60,000 nt of DNA from Malacoraja senta (taxonomy: Eukaryota): contig CM075989.1 in assembly GCA_038087875.1 (NCBI GenBank), forward strand, positions 12,898,001 to 12,958,000. Reading direction: 5' to 3'. The notes below the pieces were generated by a model, which was not told the DNA's origin, did no database searches, and saw only the letters and a program-made list of their open reading frames with translations. Below, piece after piece: positions 21,101 through 36,100 of this stretch. The translations under genes were made by a program, and so were the position numbers. Position 1 is the first letter of the stretch. The number at the start of each line of letters is the position of its first letter.

Positions 21101-24100
21101 AGAATTGGAAAAACGGAAAAGATTACAAATTAACTGCCATCAGAAAATAATTTCAACAGACTCACGCTCAGCCCATTTACGAAGATAGCCTCCGTCAGGA
21201 AGTTAGACAACATCCGCAGAACAGCTGCGCCCTGCAAAGAAATCCAACCAGTCATCTGTCAGAAAATCATGGACGGAATCATAAGAGAAAACACCAGCGT
21301 GTGAAACGAAACACTCACCTTGCTGTATGTAATGGCATCAAAGAGCTCATTGATCTCTGCAGGCGTTTTAACCTCATCCTCTTTGGATGAGAGCGGGTGA
21401 GATGTCGCCAAAGCATCAATGGCGAACACTCGGTAAACGTCGTCCAAGACAATTAAATCTTTCTGTTAAAGATAGAAGACAATTGCAGATTGAAGGCAGC
21501 GAGCATTGGGATCGGTTGTGTAAAGGCCTCCGGTCATTTACAGCCCATGCCATATGCCCAGCACTTCATTCTGTCTCCCTTACCCTTTTGAATAGAGAAA
21601 TTATATTTGCTATGTTCAACCTCATGGGGCCTTTCCTGTATGATTTTATTTCAAATGTCCAACAGGCTACAGGGTGATAGCAATGTGTTGGTGAACTAGC
21701 AAATGGACAACAAATCTGAGGTGATGCAGTTTGGGAGCACTAATGAGGCAAAGATATACACACCATGAATGGTAGGGTCCTAAGGAACAGAAGGACCGAG
21801 GTGTACAAGTCCATAGATCCATGAAAGTGGCAATGCAGGTAGATAATGTGTTTTTAAGAAGTCATTTGGGGAAAACGGCTTTCATTTGTCAAAGTGTTGA
21901 ATACAAAAGCAGGAAGGTTAGGCTCCAATTTTATAAAAACTTTGGTCAAACTCAGTTGGTGCTGCATGCACTTCATGTCATCACACTGTGGGAAGAATAT
22001 GATAGGGCTGGTAAGGATATAGAGGAGATTGGCCAGGATGTTCCCTGGGATAGAGTGTTTTAGCAATGAGACTGGAGAGGCCGTGTCTTTTTTTCCACGT
22101 AAACTGAGGAGATTATGAGAGGGATTACTGAGGTATATAAAATTATGAAGGGTATCAATAGGGTGGACTACAATAAACTTTTTCCCCATGTCAGCGATTG
22201 ATAAAACTAGAGAAAAAAATTGAAGATATGGGAGTTAGAGAATTAGAGGACATCTGATAAGGTCCTTCTTCATCCAGAGAGTGGTGAGCACCTGGAATGC
22301 ACTGCTGGAGAGATTGGTTGAAGCAGAAAACACTTGAATCGTTCAGGCATTGAAAGCTGTGGGCCAAGTGTCAGAAGATGGGTTTAATACTGATGGGTGT
22401 CCACGGGGCAGTGTGGATGTGGTGGGCTGAATGGAATGTTTCCGTGCTGTGTGACTCCATGACTCTATGATCTGTGTTTTTTGATTATTTTTATGTCTAT
22501 CTAACTAGTCTCTTGAAATGTCTCTATAATCCACAGCTTTCTTCTTCACTTTTAACCAACTGGCAGTTTGTTAATAATTATGCTCAGAGCAGGTATTGAT
22601 AAAGGACAAGTCCCCAGTGCGGAGCTCCGTGAAACTCCCAATCTCTCAACAACCCATCCATCACTTCCCTCCACTTTCTTCCACTGCGCCACTGTTGGCT
22701 CCAGGTTACACCCTCCCCCCGAGCTTTCAGTGGGGAGCCACATGGTGCAGTTTATCCTGACTGTGTGCAGTTTACACTGGTGCACCACAGAGTTTACCAC
22801 ACGTATTGTGGTCAAGGTTGCCTCTGGATGGTCACAGTTAGATCTGGGCATTTAATACCTTAATGCTGAATCAAACCTCCTGGTCCTCTGAAGGCAAGCT
22901 GCAAACTGTATCCACACACTCCCAACCCCAACTCGGTCAAACTATCAGCCGCTTCCACCTCTTCTTCATAACACATTTAAATATGGAGGAATTTGTCACA
23001 GTTCTGACCTGCTTGAAGCACTTTTCATGCATTTTAAATGAAGATTGCTCTTTAAGACTATTCCTTCACAATTCTGACCAATATCATCTTACCACATTCC
23101 AGGTTGGTTCTACAAAATCTGCACCCAGGTATTCAACATAAGAGGCAAAGCCTTCATTCAGCCACAGGTCATTCCACCATTTCACAGTTACAAGGTTTCC
23201 AAACCACTGAAACAAAGGTAAAAATAGTGAGTTAGTATCAGCCTACAGATCGGTAATAGTTCATGCCTATAGTCCTTCTGCCCTATAGACCAGACCAGAA
23301 TTATAGCATATGATCATGATGGTCCCCAGAACTGGGGCCACAATGAAAAAATAAAGGGGTCCCATTAAAGACAGGATCTTCCCTCCTAAAGTGACTTTCA
23401 AACCCTTTTCTTCAAAGGACAATGGACGTAGAGGCTTTGCATCTTTTTAAGGCAGAGGTAGATAGTTACTTGATAAGCAAAGAGTGAAAGAAGTGAAAGG
23501 TTTCAGAGGGCCCAGGGAAACGTGGATCTGAGCCCATAACAAGGTCTGGCATGACCTTATAACATGGCGGAGCAGGTGTGAAAGGCCAAGTGGCTACTCT
23601 TACTGTTAAGGTGTATGTTAGTCTGCTGTTAGTGTTACAGTCAATGGCAATCAATTCAGTTTCATTCAAAAACAAGGTTTTATTCAAAAGAGTGATATTG
23701 CTTCCATCTTCTCCTTCAAACCCATGTCTCTGGCAAAGGATTTGGCTGACGCTTCATTGCCACTGCCTTAATTTTCTAGTTACATCTTTGTTCCACTATT
23801 ACAGATGGAATAACATTTGCAATTGATATGCAGCTGGATGGACAATGAGAAGTAATCAAAGAAAATACACCTACACCAGGGACCTGGTCATTTTGTGTGT
23901 TCTGGTGACAAATCACAATAATCCTTTATCATGTATCTGTACACTGTAAATGGCTCGATTGTAATCATGTATTGTCTTTCTGCTGACTGGATAGCACGCA
24001 ACAAAAGCTATTCACTGAACCTCAGTACATTTGACAATAAACTAAACTGTACTGTAATCAATTATTGCTGAATCTTACGATTTCCATAGATGAGGTTGGA

Positions 24101-27100
24101 ATTTGTAATATTTTTGGTAAAGTTCCAAATGTGGCTTGTTGAAGATTGTTAAGCAATATTGATTAGGTTCATTGGATAACAGCCAGTAATACAAGTGAGA
24201 GCTGATCTTCAAACTGTATGTAATTATAAGCAGTAATCAAAGAGTTATCATGGTTCATGCAGAGCTGAGCTAACAGATCACTGCATGAAGACACTTCAAA
24301 GATTTGGGCACCGACATTGGCCAAACATATCGACAATGCAACATCGTTCATTTGCCAAAACTAAACCAGCTTTAGACTCCTGCAGCCAAGATATCTAACA
24401 CCATCGTGACAGAGAGCAAAGAAGAATCCCAGGGGAATCTCAAGGGAGTTTTCTCTTGGGATTCTTCCACCAGGTCTCCACGTTGTGCCTGCTTCTTGTT
24501 CAGAACAAAGGGCTTGTAACAGCCTACGTGTGACTCATTCTGTGTCATAGCAGGATTAATCTGCAGTAGGTTAATGTCTACTTCATCACCGCTACAACAG
24601 TATATTGTCCTACAACATACTGTTCTAATCATCTTCAATGATGAGAACTCTCTTCCACTTTAACACGGGGACACAAAAGACTGCAGATGCTAGAATCTTG
24701 AGCGAAACAACCAACTGAATAAGGCAAGTCTGACCAGGTTTCATCAGCTGAAAAATAGTCCAGACCCAAATGTTGCCTGTCCATTCCCTCCCCAAATGTT
24801 GCCTGTCCATTCCCTCCCCAAATGCTGCTCTCACTTTAATATATGTTGTACACAGGGAAATGGAGAATCAGGTCAAGAGAAATATACCCCCCCCCCCTCG
24901 CCATAATGTGAACATCGAGAGGGTACAGCCTAGGATTCCAGCAACCCTACTTCCCTAAAAGACTGTTCCTTCAGATGAGTCCATCCATTAGTGCAGAGTT
25001 CTGTGACTGCCCCTCTGAGAGACACCCTCTCTCACTACAGAGCACACACTCAGTCACCCCTGCTCCCACGGGAGGGTGTATATGTGATAGAGGGAGTTCA
25101 GTAAAGGGTCCTGGGGGTCAAATAGTGAGAGAGGGGCTTGTCAAAGAGAGACCGCGCAGACTAAGCCTAGATTAGAATAATGAGACGTGATCTCTGGAAA
25201 TATACAAAATTCTTACAGAGATTGACACAGGGGTCACAGGCAGTGGTTTCCCCCGTCTGGGGGCGTCTTGAACCAACGTCACGTCTCAAGATCAAGGGTT
25301 GGCTGCTCAGGATAAAAAACAAAACGTCTTCACCCTGAACATAGTGACCTTGGAACTCTCTCTCCTGGAGGGACTGTGGAGACGGTCCTGGATTATAAAA
25401 AAGGCAGAGAACAATAGATGTTCTCTGCCTTGGATATTCACATATTAAGAGCATCAAAGGATATAGGGATTAATCGAGACACAAGGCACTGCAGATGCTG
25501 GATTGTGGAACTAAGAATAAACTCAATGGGTCAGGCCACATCTGGTTCGGATATGTTTTGGGCTGCGAACCTGCATCAGGACCATGTACGGCGTTAGTTC
25601 GAGGAAGTGGCACTAAGGTTGAAGATCAGCCGTGATCTTATTGAAAGGGGCGTACAGGCCCGATGGGCTAAAGAGCCTTACCCTGCTTCTGATATCTGGT
25701 CTAATGACTGCTTGGCCAGAGTATGTCCCTCTGTCAATGCAGTGCTCGCCCAGTACTACTACTCAGATAGAGCAGCTCTCCCTCTGTTCCAGCCCTTCCT
25801 TAGTTCAGCATTCCCCTACACTGTCCCTCTGACTCCAACGCACTCTCCCAGCAGGACCATTCATTTTGCCATAAACTCAGCACTGATGGTCATGTGCACG
25901 ACATGTTTGCTGCACACAAACAAACCTGTTGGCATTGTGCACGAGTCAGTCTAAGATTCACTTAAACCAGTGTTCCGCACACGTACCTGATGAGCCAGCT
26001 CATGTGCTATCACCTTGACAACTCTTTCCTTGTTCCCATTGGAAGACAGCTTTGGGTCGTACAAAAGTGCCGTCTCACGGTAAGTGACCAGCCCCCAATT
26101 CTCCATCGCACCAGCATTAAAGTCAGGAAGTGCAATCTGGTCTGTTAAAGAGATGAAACATTGAAGAGCAAACAATGGTGTAAAAGTAATCCGACATCCA
26201 CAGCCTGAGAGTTAATAAACCTTCATTTATCAGTACCACAAACACCATTAATATTTACTCTCTGTTAATCTACTCTTCCAGGTAGACTTTCGTTAACCCT
26301 CCAATCAGTTCTGGGGCAAGAACATCAAAGTAGAGGAGGAGAAATGGAAATGTTGTACACACAGGTGAGGTTCCCAAGCTGTGGCCCTTGGATACAGAGA
26401 CTCAGATATCATTGTACTACCTTTATTGGATGCACCCCTGATTGCCTGATTTGTACCCTTACCATTAATGTTCGGAGCACATTCCCAACTTCCACCATTT
26501 TCCACCCCTAGTTCTTTCTCAGCTCCATACAGAGCGATTTGACATCGAGGTTCCGACTGATATCCTTTGTCCCGTTTTTTAACTCTCATTCTTCATTCAT
26601 TTTGTCAACCTCTCATGAAAGTACCCCGGAATATTGAATTCTCATCATTGATTGTGAGGTTGTGTCCAACGGCTGAGGAGTCCAGAACAATTGGCCATTT
26701 TGCAACCACTACCCATCGTGGCCTGTAAATTACACCTACTGATTTCTACTTAAGAACTAGAAGCAGGGTTGCCACTCGGCCCCTCCAGCTCTCTCTACCA
26801 TTCATCATGGCCAACCTTGACTTTGGCACCATTTTCCTGTATTTTCCCTATGTCCTTTGATTCTCAATATCCCAGTGTCTGTCGATCTCTGCTCTGAATC
26901 AAAGTCATTGGCTGTGTCCCTATAGTTCTACTGGATGGGCAACACCAAAGATCCTCGACTCTCCACATAAATTTCTCCTCCTCTCAGCCCTGCCAAGGCT
27001 GCCCCCTTATCCTGGAACTGTGAGCCCCAGTTCTGGATGCCTCAGTCAAGGGAAACATTTCACAGCCAATGTGAGGAGTCAAATATTGAGGGACCTTAAC

Positions 27101-30100
27101 TTTTGTAAGAGTCCTGTAAGAACTAAGCAAGTTTTAACGACATCTCTCCCAACTCTTATAAGCCTGAGAAAATCTATCCCCAGTCATCAGTCTCTCCTCA
27201 AAAAGACTTGCTAGTATTCCAGGACCCCGTCTGGGAACCATTACTGCATTCCTTCAGCCAAGAGAGAAATGTTCTCCTGGGTAAGGAGAGGAAAGCTGTG
27301 TGCAGTTCTCTGGCAGCAGTCTGCAGCTGCAATAAGACTCCCTCGCCCCTGCACTCAAACCCTTTAGCAATAAAGGCTGACGTATTATTTTCTTCTTAAT
27401 TGTGTGTTGGGGAGCAAAAATGGCTCCATCTCTTTCAACATAAATGTAACCCAATCTTTCACTATCTCAAAAAATATGCTGCCTCTCTGTTTTCTGGCTG
27501 GCCTTACGTTTTTCACATTGTGCTGCCTTGCCCTTGCCCACCCCCAGCTTATCCACTTCCCTCACGATCAGTATTCTTGCCTTTTAGTTTATGAATGCTG
27601 TGAGCTTTCAGACAGAGCCCTGTTTGCACCTTCTGCCATTACTGGAGGTACACTCTCATGTTCGTAAGCTGTCATGACAGGCTCTGGTCATTATTATCCA
27701 TTTGATATCCTGCATACTTGCTTTGCTTTTTCTCACAAACTATATATTTCCCGTCAGCAGAACTCTCTCTGACCCCATCCCCAGAGACCTCTAGATCCTA
27801 TGCTATATGTTTTCCGTTCTTGAGCCAAGATTTAACCTGTTCCCATCCTACTGATGGATACAAGGATTTTTTACATTCTTGTTCAATCTGCCTAACGGAA
27901 CTTTGTCAAATTCTTCGCTAAAAACCTTATGTATGACATTTCATTGACCACCTCAACAATAGTCAATCACAATGTTAGAGAAATACAGAATGGAAACAAG
28001 CCCTTCAGCCCAGTGAGTCCGCACCGACCATCAATCACCCATTTACATTGACCCCACTTTAATCCTATTTTTTGTTCTCCCCATATTCTCATCAACTTCC
28101 CCGCATGCTCTTCCCCACACATATACACATGCGGCAATTTACAGCAGCCAATTAACCTACCAACCTACACGTCTTTAGGACATGAGAGGAAACTGAAACA
28201 CCCTGGAGTACCTCACACATTCACAGGGAGAATGTTCAAATTCCACGCAGAGTGGAGTCAGGATTGAAACGGGATTTACCCGCAGAACCACTTTGTCTCC
28301 CATTGTTAACCAGATCTGTAGACAAATGCCTTCTTGCTCAATCTGATATGGAACTTTATTAAATACCTTGCTAAAATGTATATATAAACACCTCATTGAC
28401 CACCTCAACAAATCCAATCGATAATCAAGCACAATTTTAGAGAAATACAGCACAGAAACAGGCCCTTCGGCCCATAGAGTCAGCTCTGACTGTCATCCAC
28501 CTATTTAAGCCTCCAGGAGTGCTGACGTGCTGAACTTGAACTTTTTTCAATTTTTGTCTGCGGCTCAGCTTTAAGGATAACTTGCCTCCAGTCCAAGGGC
28601 AGGGGTGTTCCCCAGACTGACAGCCAGTCCGCACTAATCTCTCCGATGTAGAAGAGAGCACATTCTGAGCGGTGACCTAAATTGAAAGAAGTAAATCATT
28701 GTCCTCTGATCTCCCCTCCACTAACTTTTCCAGCCCTTCCCTTTACCTGTACTTTCTCTGCCTTCTTTGTCTGAAATTTTGAAATCTATAATACCTCAAC
28801 ATCTTTTACCTGCATAATACCATGATTAACCAACCGTTCGTTCACTTCAGAAAATGAACATGTTACTGTCAGTATAAAACTTTGTGTTAATATTCTACAC
28901 ATTTATAGAACAAATCACAGATGGGCAAGTCTTCAACATCATTGTGGGTGGCACTGTGGTGCTGCCTTATAGCGCTTGCAGCGCCAGGTACCTGGGTTCG
29001 ATCCCGACTACGGGTGCTGTGTGAACGGAGATTGTCCGTTCTCCCCGTGACTGTGTGGGTTTTTTCCGAGATCTTCAGATTCCTCCCACACTCCAAAGAC
29101 ATACAAGTTTGTAGGTTAATTGGCATGGGATAAGTGTAAATTGTCCCCAGTGTGTGTAGGAGACGTCTGGGAATCGCTGGGCAGTGCGGACTCGGTGTTT
29201 CCATACTGTATCTCTAAACTAAACTAAAAAAACTAAACTAAAATCTTACCTGATTTTGGAAGCGGATAGGGAACTCTGTAATATTGTTCAAAAAATGTGA
29301 GGATTGGCCTTGTGACATTGAGGGCGTAAACTCCCTGTCCTTGTTTAATTGCTTGCTTTCGAGCCCATATGCGGATCTTAAAACAGATCAAATTGTTTAC
29401 GAATATATTAATGAATCAAGTATTTTGTTTCACACTAAGTGTTCTGCAACAAAAAATAGCAGAAAATACAAAACACTGAATGAACACAGGACTGAACCCA
29501 ACTAAATGTGTGAATAGCTGCTCGATAAGCTTGATGAAGAGGGAGTGCAGTGAAGATGACCAGGCTGCTTCTAAGGATGGTGGGGTTTACCATGTGATGG
29601 GGAGAGCAGGAAGGCCATGCCTCTCCGCTCTCAACTTCAGAAGAACGAGAGGAGGAACGACAATATTTTCAGAGGGATCCAAGTAGATATTTTCTGTAGA
29701 AACAAAGAAATTATTTCCTGTGCGGGAGGGGGCTGGAACTAGGGCTCATAATCTCAGGTAAGGGGCAGGTTAATTAGGACTGAAATATGGAGAAAGGTGA
29801 ACCTTTGAAATGCCCTGTCCTGTCTGGAAGAAGGTATAGGAGTCTGAAAACAATGACCACCAGGTTCCAGAATAGCTTCTTCCCAACAACTATCAACCTC
29901 AACTATGAACCTGTATGTAATGGTTGGCAAAGATTACACTAAGGACTATGTATTTTTTTGCACAAGTATTGTGGTTATTCATGTATTGATTTCTTCATTA
30001 TTTGTGTGCATTGCGTTTACAGGTCAGTTATGTTGCTGCAAATAATATTATTGTTCTATTGTTGTTACACATGACAATTATAAACTCCTGACACTGGAAT

Positions 30101-33100
30101 TGGAGACTCAGGGAACTCAGTTGCTGATTGTGTTCAGAGGTACATGGACGTGGATATTAAAGGAACCGGGGAATAAGGAGATGGTGCAGGAAAACAATGC
30201 AATGACTGATCAGCCAAGATGTTGAAAGCAAAGGACCCAGGGCAGGGTGGCCCATTCCTGTTCTGTCTCAGTAGAGTCTATTGATTCAGAATGAACATAG
30301 ATGATGTCATGGCAGATAACTCTCCCTGAGTTCAGAAAATGGACAATAGACCATTCGAAAAAACAAAACCAAAGAACAATCAGTCTACAGTGCTTGCAAA
30401 CCTTAAAAAAAAAACTAGTATGAATTTACAAAAAGGAGTAGTGGAGATATTAATGAGGTTGAAAGAGGAGAAGTGCCCCAGACTGCTGACCTGGATGCCA
30501 AGCTGGCGAAGAAAGTGAATGTAGAGATAGTGCTGGCCCTGGCTCTCAGCTTCCAAGATCCTACAGAGACCAGGACAGTTCCCACAGATTGGAGGGGAAC
30601 ACATGTAACCTCACTATTCAAGAAAGAAGAGAGGGAGAAAACAGGGAATTATAATCCATTCAGCCTGAAATCAGTAGAAGGAAAATACAAGAATCTATTA
30701 TTAAAGAAGTGGAAACAAGACACATAGAAAATAATAATATTGTCAGAGTCAACATGGACATGTGAAAGAGAAATCATGTTTGACAAATACATTGTAACTC
30801 AAAATAGATAACAGAGAAAGCAATAGATAATCAAGTAATTCAGCACAGAACCAGGCTCTTTGGCCATCTCCAACAGAATCCCACCACGAGCAAAATCTAC
30901 CCATCTTCACCCCTTTCCGCTTTCCACAGAGACCATTCCCCCCACAACTCCCTGGGTAACTCGTCCCTTCCCACCCAAACCACCCCCTCCCCAGGTACTT
31001 TCCCCTGCAACCGCAGCAGATGCAACACCTGTCCTTATACCCCCTCACTCGACTCCATCCAAGGATTTCAGGAGAGGCAGAGGTTCACTTGAAGCTCCTC
31101 CAACCTCATCTATTGTATCCGCTGTTCCAGGTGTGGACTCCTGCATATCGATGAGACCAAGCGCAGGCTCAGCAATCATTTCACTGAATACCTCCGCTCA
31201 GTTTGCCTAAACCTACCCGATTTCCCAGTTGCTACACACTTTAACTCCCCCTCCCATTCTCATGCGGACCTTTCTGTCCTGGGACTCCTCCACTGTCAGA
31301 GTGAGCCCCAGCATAAATAGGAGGAACAGCACCTCATATTTCACTTGGACAGCTTACACCCCAGCGGTATGAATGTTGACTTCTCTAACTTCAATTAACC
31401 ATTGCTTTCCCTCTCTCCATCCCTACCCCTTCCTAGATCTCCGACCAGTCTGACTGTTCCCTTAATTAAATCTCATGTCTGTATGCTTCGTTGTCATCTT
31501 CTCCTAGCTAACGAATGATCTATTCTCCACTTTCCTTGTTCTTCATCCCCTCTGATGTCTCGTTCTCACACCTTACACTTCCTTACCTCTGAGTCTTCCT
31601 CTCCCCTGACTCTCACTCTGAAGAAGGGTCTCGACCTGAAACGTCACCCCTTCCTTCTATCCAGCAGTGCTGCCTGCTTCACTAAGTTACTCCTGCATTT
31701 TGTGTCTATCTTTGGTGTAAACCAGCATCTGCAATTCCTTCCTACACTCTTCGGCCCACCATGCCCATGCCAACCATTGTACTTATCCCAACTCATCCCA
31801 TTTACCTTGAGTTGGTCCATAGCTATATATAGTACTATCTATAGCTATCTATAGTATTTCTCTAGATGCTATATTTATGCAAGAACCTCTACTTCTACTA
31901 ACCCGGACAGTATATTCCTCCCAGATTCCAGCCACACTCAGTGTGGGAACAAAGGTCAAAGATGACAGGGAATTAGCAGAATAATCTAAAACTGGAGAGT
32001 ATAGCTTTAGTGTGGAGGGTATGAATTTTGACTAGAGTGGTTGCTTGACGAGAGAGTGGTTGTAATCTAGAATGTACTGCCCAAGGAGATGGAGGCAGAG
32101 ACTCTCACAATATGTATAAAGTTTCCAGACAAACTCCTGAATTGTCGAAGTGTAAGGGCTGTCAACTAACCAGGCCCTGTGGAACCAATCCACTGCCTCG
32201 AGAAGGAGCAGCAATTCTGGTTAACTAAAATCTGATCTCTTACCAAAGGTTCATCTGTCTTTTGCTCCATAAAACCAAAATCACAAACAATAAAAGCAAG
32301 GAGATATGTGGACATCTTGGGAGTTGTTTCAAAGGTGGCGTTAATCCAGATGACATTATTCATAGTCACAGTTTTATTCTCTGCAGAGAAAGAGGAACAA
32401 TTGTTTACACAAATCATGAGAGCATTTCAACATTACTTAACACATGGTACATCATTTTCGAATGCCAGTGGGCAGTTGGTTGCCCGCACCCACTATTAGA
32501 CACACAGGATGTGAAAGATCATTCAAACAACATCTGGATGTTCTCTTTTTGGTGGAGGGGTTACAAGTGGGAATATTAATCAGCTGATTACTAAGTGAGA
32601 CACAACGTGCTGGAGTTTTACACCACCAATTATTTAATACCTCATCTGCTTTTTAGGTACAGCAAGTAATTAGAGAAGCTGGCACATTCATATTTATTGG
32701 GAAACTGAAATCAAAAGTAGGGAATCTAGCTTCACTTATAGAGTGCCGTGTTGAGACCCCAGCTGCACGGTGTTGACCTCTTTATTCCAGAAATAATTTA
32801 AATTCTTTGGAAACAGTTGAGTGAAGATTTGCTAGACTAGTATCTGGGATGGCTGGATTCTATTGTGGACAAGCCAGGCTTGTGCCAGTTTGAGCCCAGA
32901 CCTGCCAGAGGCAATCTGATTTAAACATGCAAGATCTTGAGGAGTCTGGACAAGGTGGGTGTGGAGTTGCTGTTTCTTCTTGAGGAACAATCTAGAACTA
33001 GGCTTCACCCATTTAAAACTAAGAAGAGACTAAATTTGAGAGGACACAAAGTACTGTAGTAATTCAGCAGGTCAAGGCAGCATCTCTGGAGAACATGGAT

Positions 33101-36100
33101 AGGTGACGTTTTGGGTCGAGATCCTTATTTTAGACTCTCTCTAAAATTTGAGGGGGTTGTGAGTCATTGAAACTCTCTTCCCCCAAGAGTGGTGAAGCCG
33201 AGTCTGGGAATGGGCTAAGGTACCGTCAGACAGCCAGCGGATGAAAGGCTTTCTGCTACAGGCAGGGCGGGGACGCGGAGTGGAGGTTACAGTCTAGACC
33301 CGGAGATAGACACAAAATGCTGGAGAAACTCAGCGGGTCAGGCAGCATCTCTGGAGAGAAGGAATAGGTGATGTTTCGGAGGACTTAGAAGTCTCTCCTG
33401 GCCCCCTCAGTCTGAGGAAAGGTCTCCACCCGAAACGTCACACGTTCCTTCTCTCCCGCTGAGTTACTCCAGCATTTAGTGTCTATCTTTACTGGGTCAA
33501 CGTGTTGGCTATTTGAGGGATGCCCGGGCCAGAGAGTGTTCCCGGTGGAAAGCAGGATGTGTTGGGGGAAGATGTGCCAGGTGGTGAGATGGAGGTTGCC
33601 ACCATCTACCCATCCATCCACCAGCATGCAATCGGCGGCTGACGATGAGACTCGAGTCTCTGCAGAAGTCACCGACGAGACCCGGACCGCCCTCCAAAGA
33701 GATCCTTGTGTGCCATCGGGGCTCAACGGGATTTCCTGTTTCTGTGGACGACATCTCGGGGGGGCTGGAAAGTATTGGGGGGTTGCACGTAAGGTCACCG
33801 GGTCAAAGGGCTTGACGCACGGAGCCGCTCAATCCATCCCTATCCGTGCAACCTCCCTATATAACACCTGGACCCGGGTGATATATAAATACTTTTTTCC
33901 TCTTGTCCGAAGAGGGGTCTTCACCTATTCCTTTTCTCCAGAGATTCTGCCTGACCCACTGAGAATCCAGCATTTTGTGTCTATGTTCAGTGTAAACCAG
34001 CATCTGCAGTTCCTCCTACTGCTTTTGTTTTCATGGTTGCACTTAGGACGTTACATTTATGGGAGAAGGTTGGGAACTCTGTGTCGATGGGGACGGGGTG
34101 AGGGAGGCACTTAGACACGGGGGCCCAGCAACCAGCTGGAGTGAGGAGGATTGGCCTTTATAACAACCCTTTACAACAATCATCCCCGCCATCGCACCCC
34201 ACCCGCTCCCCCACCACCCCTCTGTCGCCTCCTCTGGGATAGATTACCCAATATCGGCATGTTGGACAATGCTGTGTAATTGGATTTGTGGAGCAGGCTG
34301 ATGGTGAACGTGGCCTTCATCGCTGGCTCGTCGAAGCAGGGGAAGGCTTTCCTGGCATCGGTCGGCTGCATTTGGGTGGTGGCGATCATCCTGCGGACAA
34401 ACAGAGGCACATTGGTCGTCAGACAACAGGCAGACGACAGGCAGATACTTCACTTCCCTCAGGATCACTGTCATTCCTCTCAGCTGCTCCAAGGCCGCTG
34501 AAGGAGCTTCCCCCGCCGTCTCCCTTGCCTCAACAGACCCTCCTCCGAACCAGACAAACCCACCCACCAAACATCCATCTTCCATCTGCATCACAGGACC
34601 AAGCACATTCTTCAAGGAGGAGATGCGACACAACTACCTGTTGTAGATGGTGGCGGTTGCAGCACGGTCTGGCTAAGCAACGGCCTGGCGTGCTTGAATT
34701 CGACGAATACAGCACCTCATGCTTCCCCACCTCAACATTGCCTCCAGGCCCCAGGAATCAGGTCAAAGTCAGGCCAGGATTACCAGTCACATACTTCCCT
34801 CAGGTGACAAAACTCACTCCTCCCCAGTGCTACTCTGGGGAGTAGCACTGAGGAGCAACAACACAGAGCGTCCTCTGGGTGGGGACTTCAATGTCCATCA
34901 CCGGGCTGGGTCAGTAGCATCACTGACCGAGCTGGTCAAGTCCTGAAGACAGAGCTGGCAGACTGGGTTTGGCCGGGAGTGAGCGACCAATGCCAGGGTA
35001 AACCTATCTGGCTCTCCTCCCATCTCCTGCCAGAGGTAAATGTGTCAATGAAGATGATGGGTGGGTGACCTCGACAAGGTCCAGTCCCCAGTGTGAGAAC
35101 CATCTATGAGGTGTTACATCAGGTAGAATGTGTGAAACAGAAGCAGAAATAGATTTTGGGGCCAATGCGCTGGGCATCCCATCAAGAAAACTGGCTCATT
35201 TTGGACCTCAGCACCACTTTCCTGCACTACCTCTGTATCACTCAACTCCCTTCATATCCAAAGGGACATTGATGTCTGCACTGAATATATTCAGGTACTG
35301 AGCCTCCACAGCCCTCGGTGAACAGTTATAGAGACTCACTACCCTCTGGGTGAAGAACTCTACACATCCTGGTCATTAATATCTGACCATTTGTTCTGAC
35401 ACTGTAACCTTTAGTTCTGGACACCAAAGAAACATTGTCTGTACATCTACCTTGAGCAGCCCTGGAATATCTTCACACATTTCAAAGATATATCACCCTC
35501 TCATTCCTCCAAAGTCAAGAGCATTGACCCAATCTGCTTCATCTCACCTGACGGAACAATCCTCCTGAACACAAAAAAACACAAGGTCAGTCAGCATCCC
35601 TGAAAAGCACAAGTAAGTCAGACAGCATCCCTGGAGAACATCGATACTTTGGGTCAGGACCAGTCTTTGGATTCTGCCTGAACACAATCTAGTTCATCTT
35701 CATTATACTTCCTCTATTGCAAGCACATTCTTCCTCACGTAGAAGACAAGACCTGGACCCAATATTCCAGCTGCACTCTCACTGGGAAACTTTAATATAT
35801 CTTTATTTTTGTAATCAATCCTTCCTGTGACAAATGCCTTCATAATTGCTTGCTGAATAATGTTAATGTCCGGTGATTGTGTACAAGGACATCCAGGTCC
35901 CTCTAACACCATCCCCTTTCAAACTCCCATTGTTTATAAACTACCCCCTTTTTTCTTTCCTTGCTACTGAAAACAATTTACTCTAGGTGGAGATGTTGAC
36001 CAAAACCAATCAGGAAGAGATGTTGAATATCACCAGCCATCCAAGTTCGGATGGGGTCTGAAGCTGGGAATGACCTTCAGTCTGCACTATCCAAGTGCCC

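Noticed and set aside
33479..34114. 211-aa ORF in intron 2
   Set aside because: Built partly from repeat modules; no recognisable domain or exon boundaries.
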